From assembly GCF_001447785.1 (NCBI RefSeq), contig NW_015170278.1, positions 273,292 to 337,291 of the forward strand: a stretch of DNA of 64,000 bases, read 5' to 3'. The position numbers were made by a program, and so were the translations under genes. This DNA is from Gekko japonicus. Its lineage: Eukaryota. This document shows positions 63,225-64,000 of this stretch, piece after piece (positions within the stretch are counted from its first letter, which is position 1; each line of letters opens with the position of its first letter). A model generated the notes under the pieces. The model saw only the letters and a list, made by a program, of their open reading frames with translations, did no database searches and was not told the DNA's origin.

Positions 63225-64000
63225 GTACTGGTCTGGCAATACTGCAACAGATCTCTATGACCCTTGGAAAAGCATCAGGGGACAGGGCCTCCCATGGGGG
63301 GGAGCAGTGCATTGTGAAGCCCTCGGGAGGTATTATCAGGCAAAACTTTCTGCTCCACTGATGGAAGAAGGAGTGGCAGTTTCACCCAGTTCTTCCTGCT
63401 CAAAGCAATTCTTCATGCCTGTTATTTTCTTGCCTGACCCCCTTCTATGCCTTTCTTAAGGGATCACAGAGGATTTCTATCAGAATGGGATGGAGGGGAA
63501 CTATGCTTTGCATTTCATGGGACACAACCTTTAGTTACTTATGTACATTTCATAAATTGATTGGTTAAAACAAATACAATTTCAATCTGTTGCCAGTCTA
63601 ATTTTAATGCAATGTACTCATCAAAAGTTCTTCACAAATGAAATAAAATAGACTGTTTGTTTCCTTTGTAAAAATTTGGAACAAGGGCTTTGGAAAACCT
63701 TCACAGATTAAACTAATCCAGTCAAGATGAAAATACACCTAATCTTCAAACTACTTCTGGATTATCTGCAAACTGTTGAAAAAAATGCTTCTGGGCAGTT
63801 TTCAAAGGCAGTCCAACATTTTAGGTAGTACAGTAATCTACCCTGGATGTGATCAGAGCATCACAGTAGCCAGATCATGCTTTTCAAGGAAGGGACATAG
63901 CTGATATATCAGCCTTTCTCAATCCTAACTATGTATACAGCTATGGAATTGATATCTATGTAAGTGAAAACATTTCCCATCACCTTTATTCAAAGCTCTT

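Noticed and set aside
52318-64000. Next INPP4B exon (TGYQFIYYSPE...)
   Set aside because: It was not found by eye and is presumably beyond the window. The exon preceding 20945 was not found either.
1-64000. Prokaryotic systems (CRISPR arrays, operons)
   Set aside because: The sequence is vertebrate intron-exon DNA with no repeat-spacer array or dense coding.

Overview
Vertebrate (squamate, most likely gecko) genomic DNA. It covers the middle of the INPP4B gene (inositol polyphosphate 4-phosphatase type II) on the + strand. Eight GT-AG coding exons (20945-52317) splice in frame into the end of the C2 domain and the following region. The upstream and downstream exons were not found in the window. 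The introns are dense with transposable elements: BovB/RTE, CR1, L2 and L1 LINE fragments, tRNA-derived Squam3-type SINEs, 5S rRNA-headed SINEs with RTE tails, several hAT and Harbinger-like MITEs, and LTR-like elements. Most notable observations: (1) two near-identical ~930 bp non-autonomous Helitrons that captured MITE fragments and a duplicated CCAAT/octamer module; (2) several Penelope-type termini that fold into type I hammerhead ribozymes, one with an intact catalytic core on the INPP4B sense strand; (3) a 5.1 kb nested TE stack containing an RT-deleted L2; (4) a ~670 bp nested foldback; (5) candidate alternative-splicing elements (a 33-nt in-frame microexon, a poison exon and a tandem acceptor). 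Family names come from recall and terminal structure, not from database searches, and the coordinates of degraded repeats are approximate.
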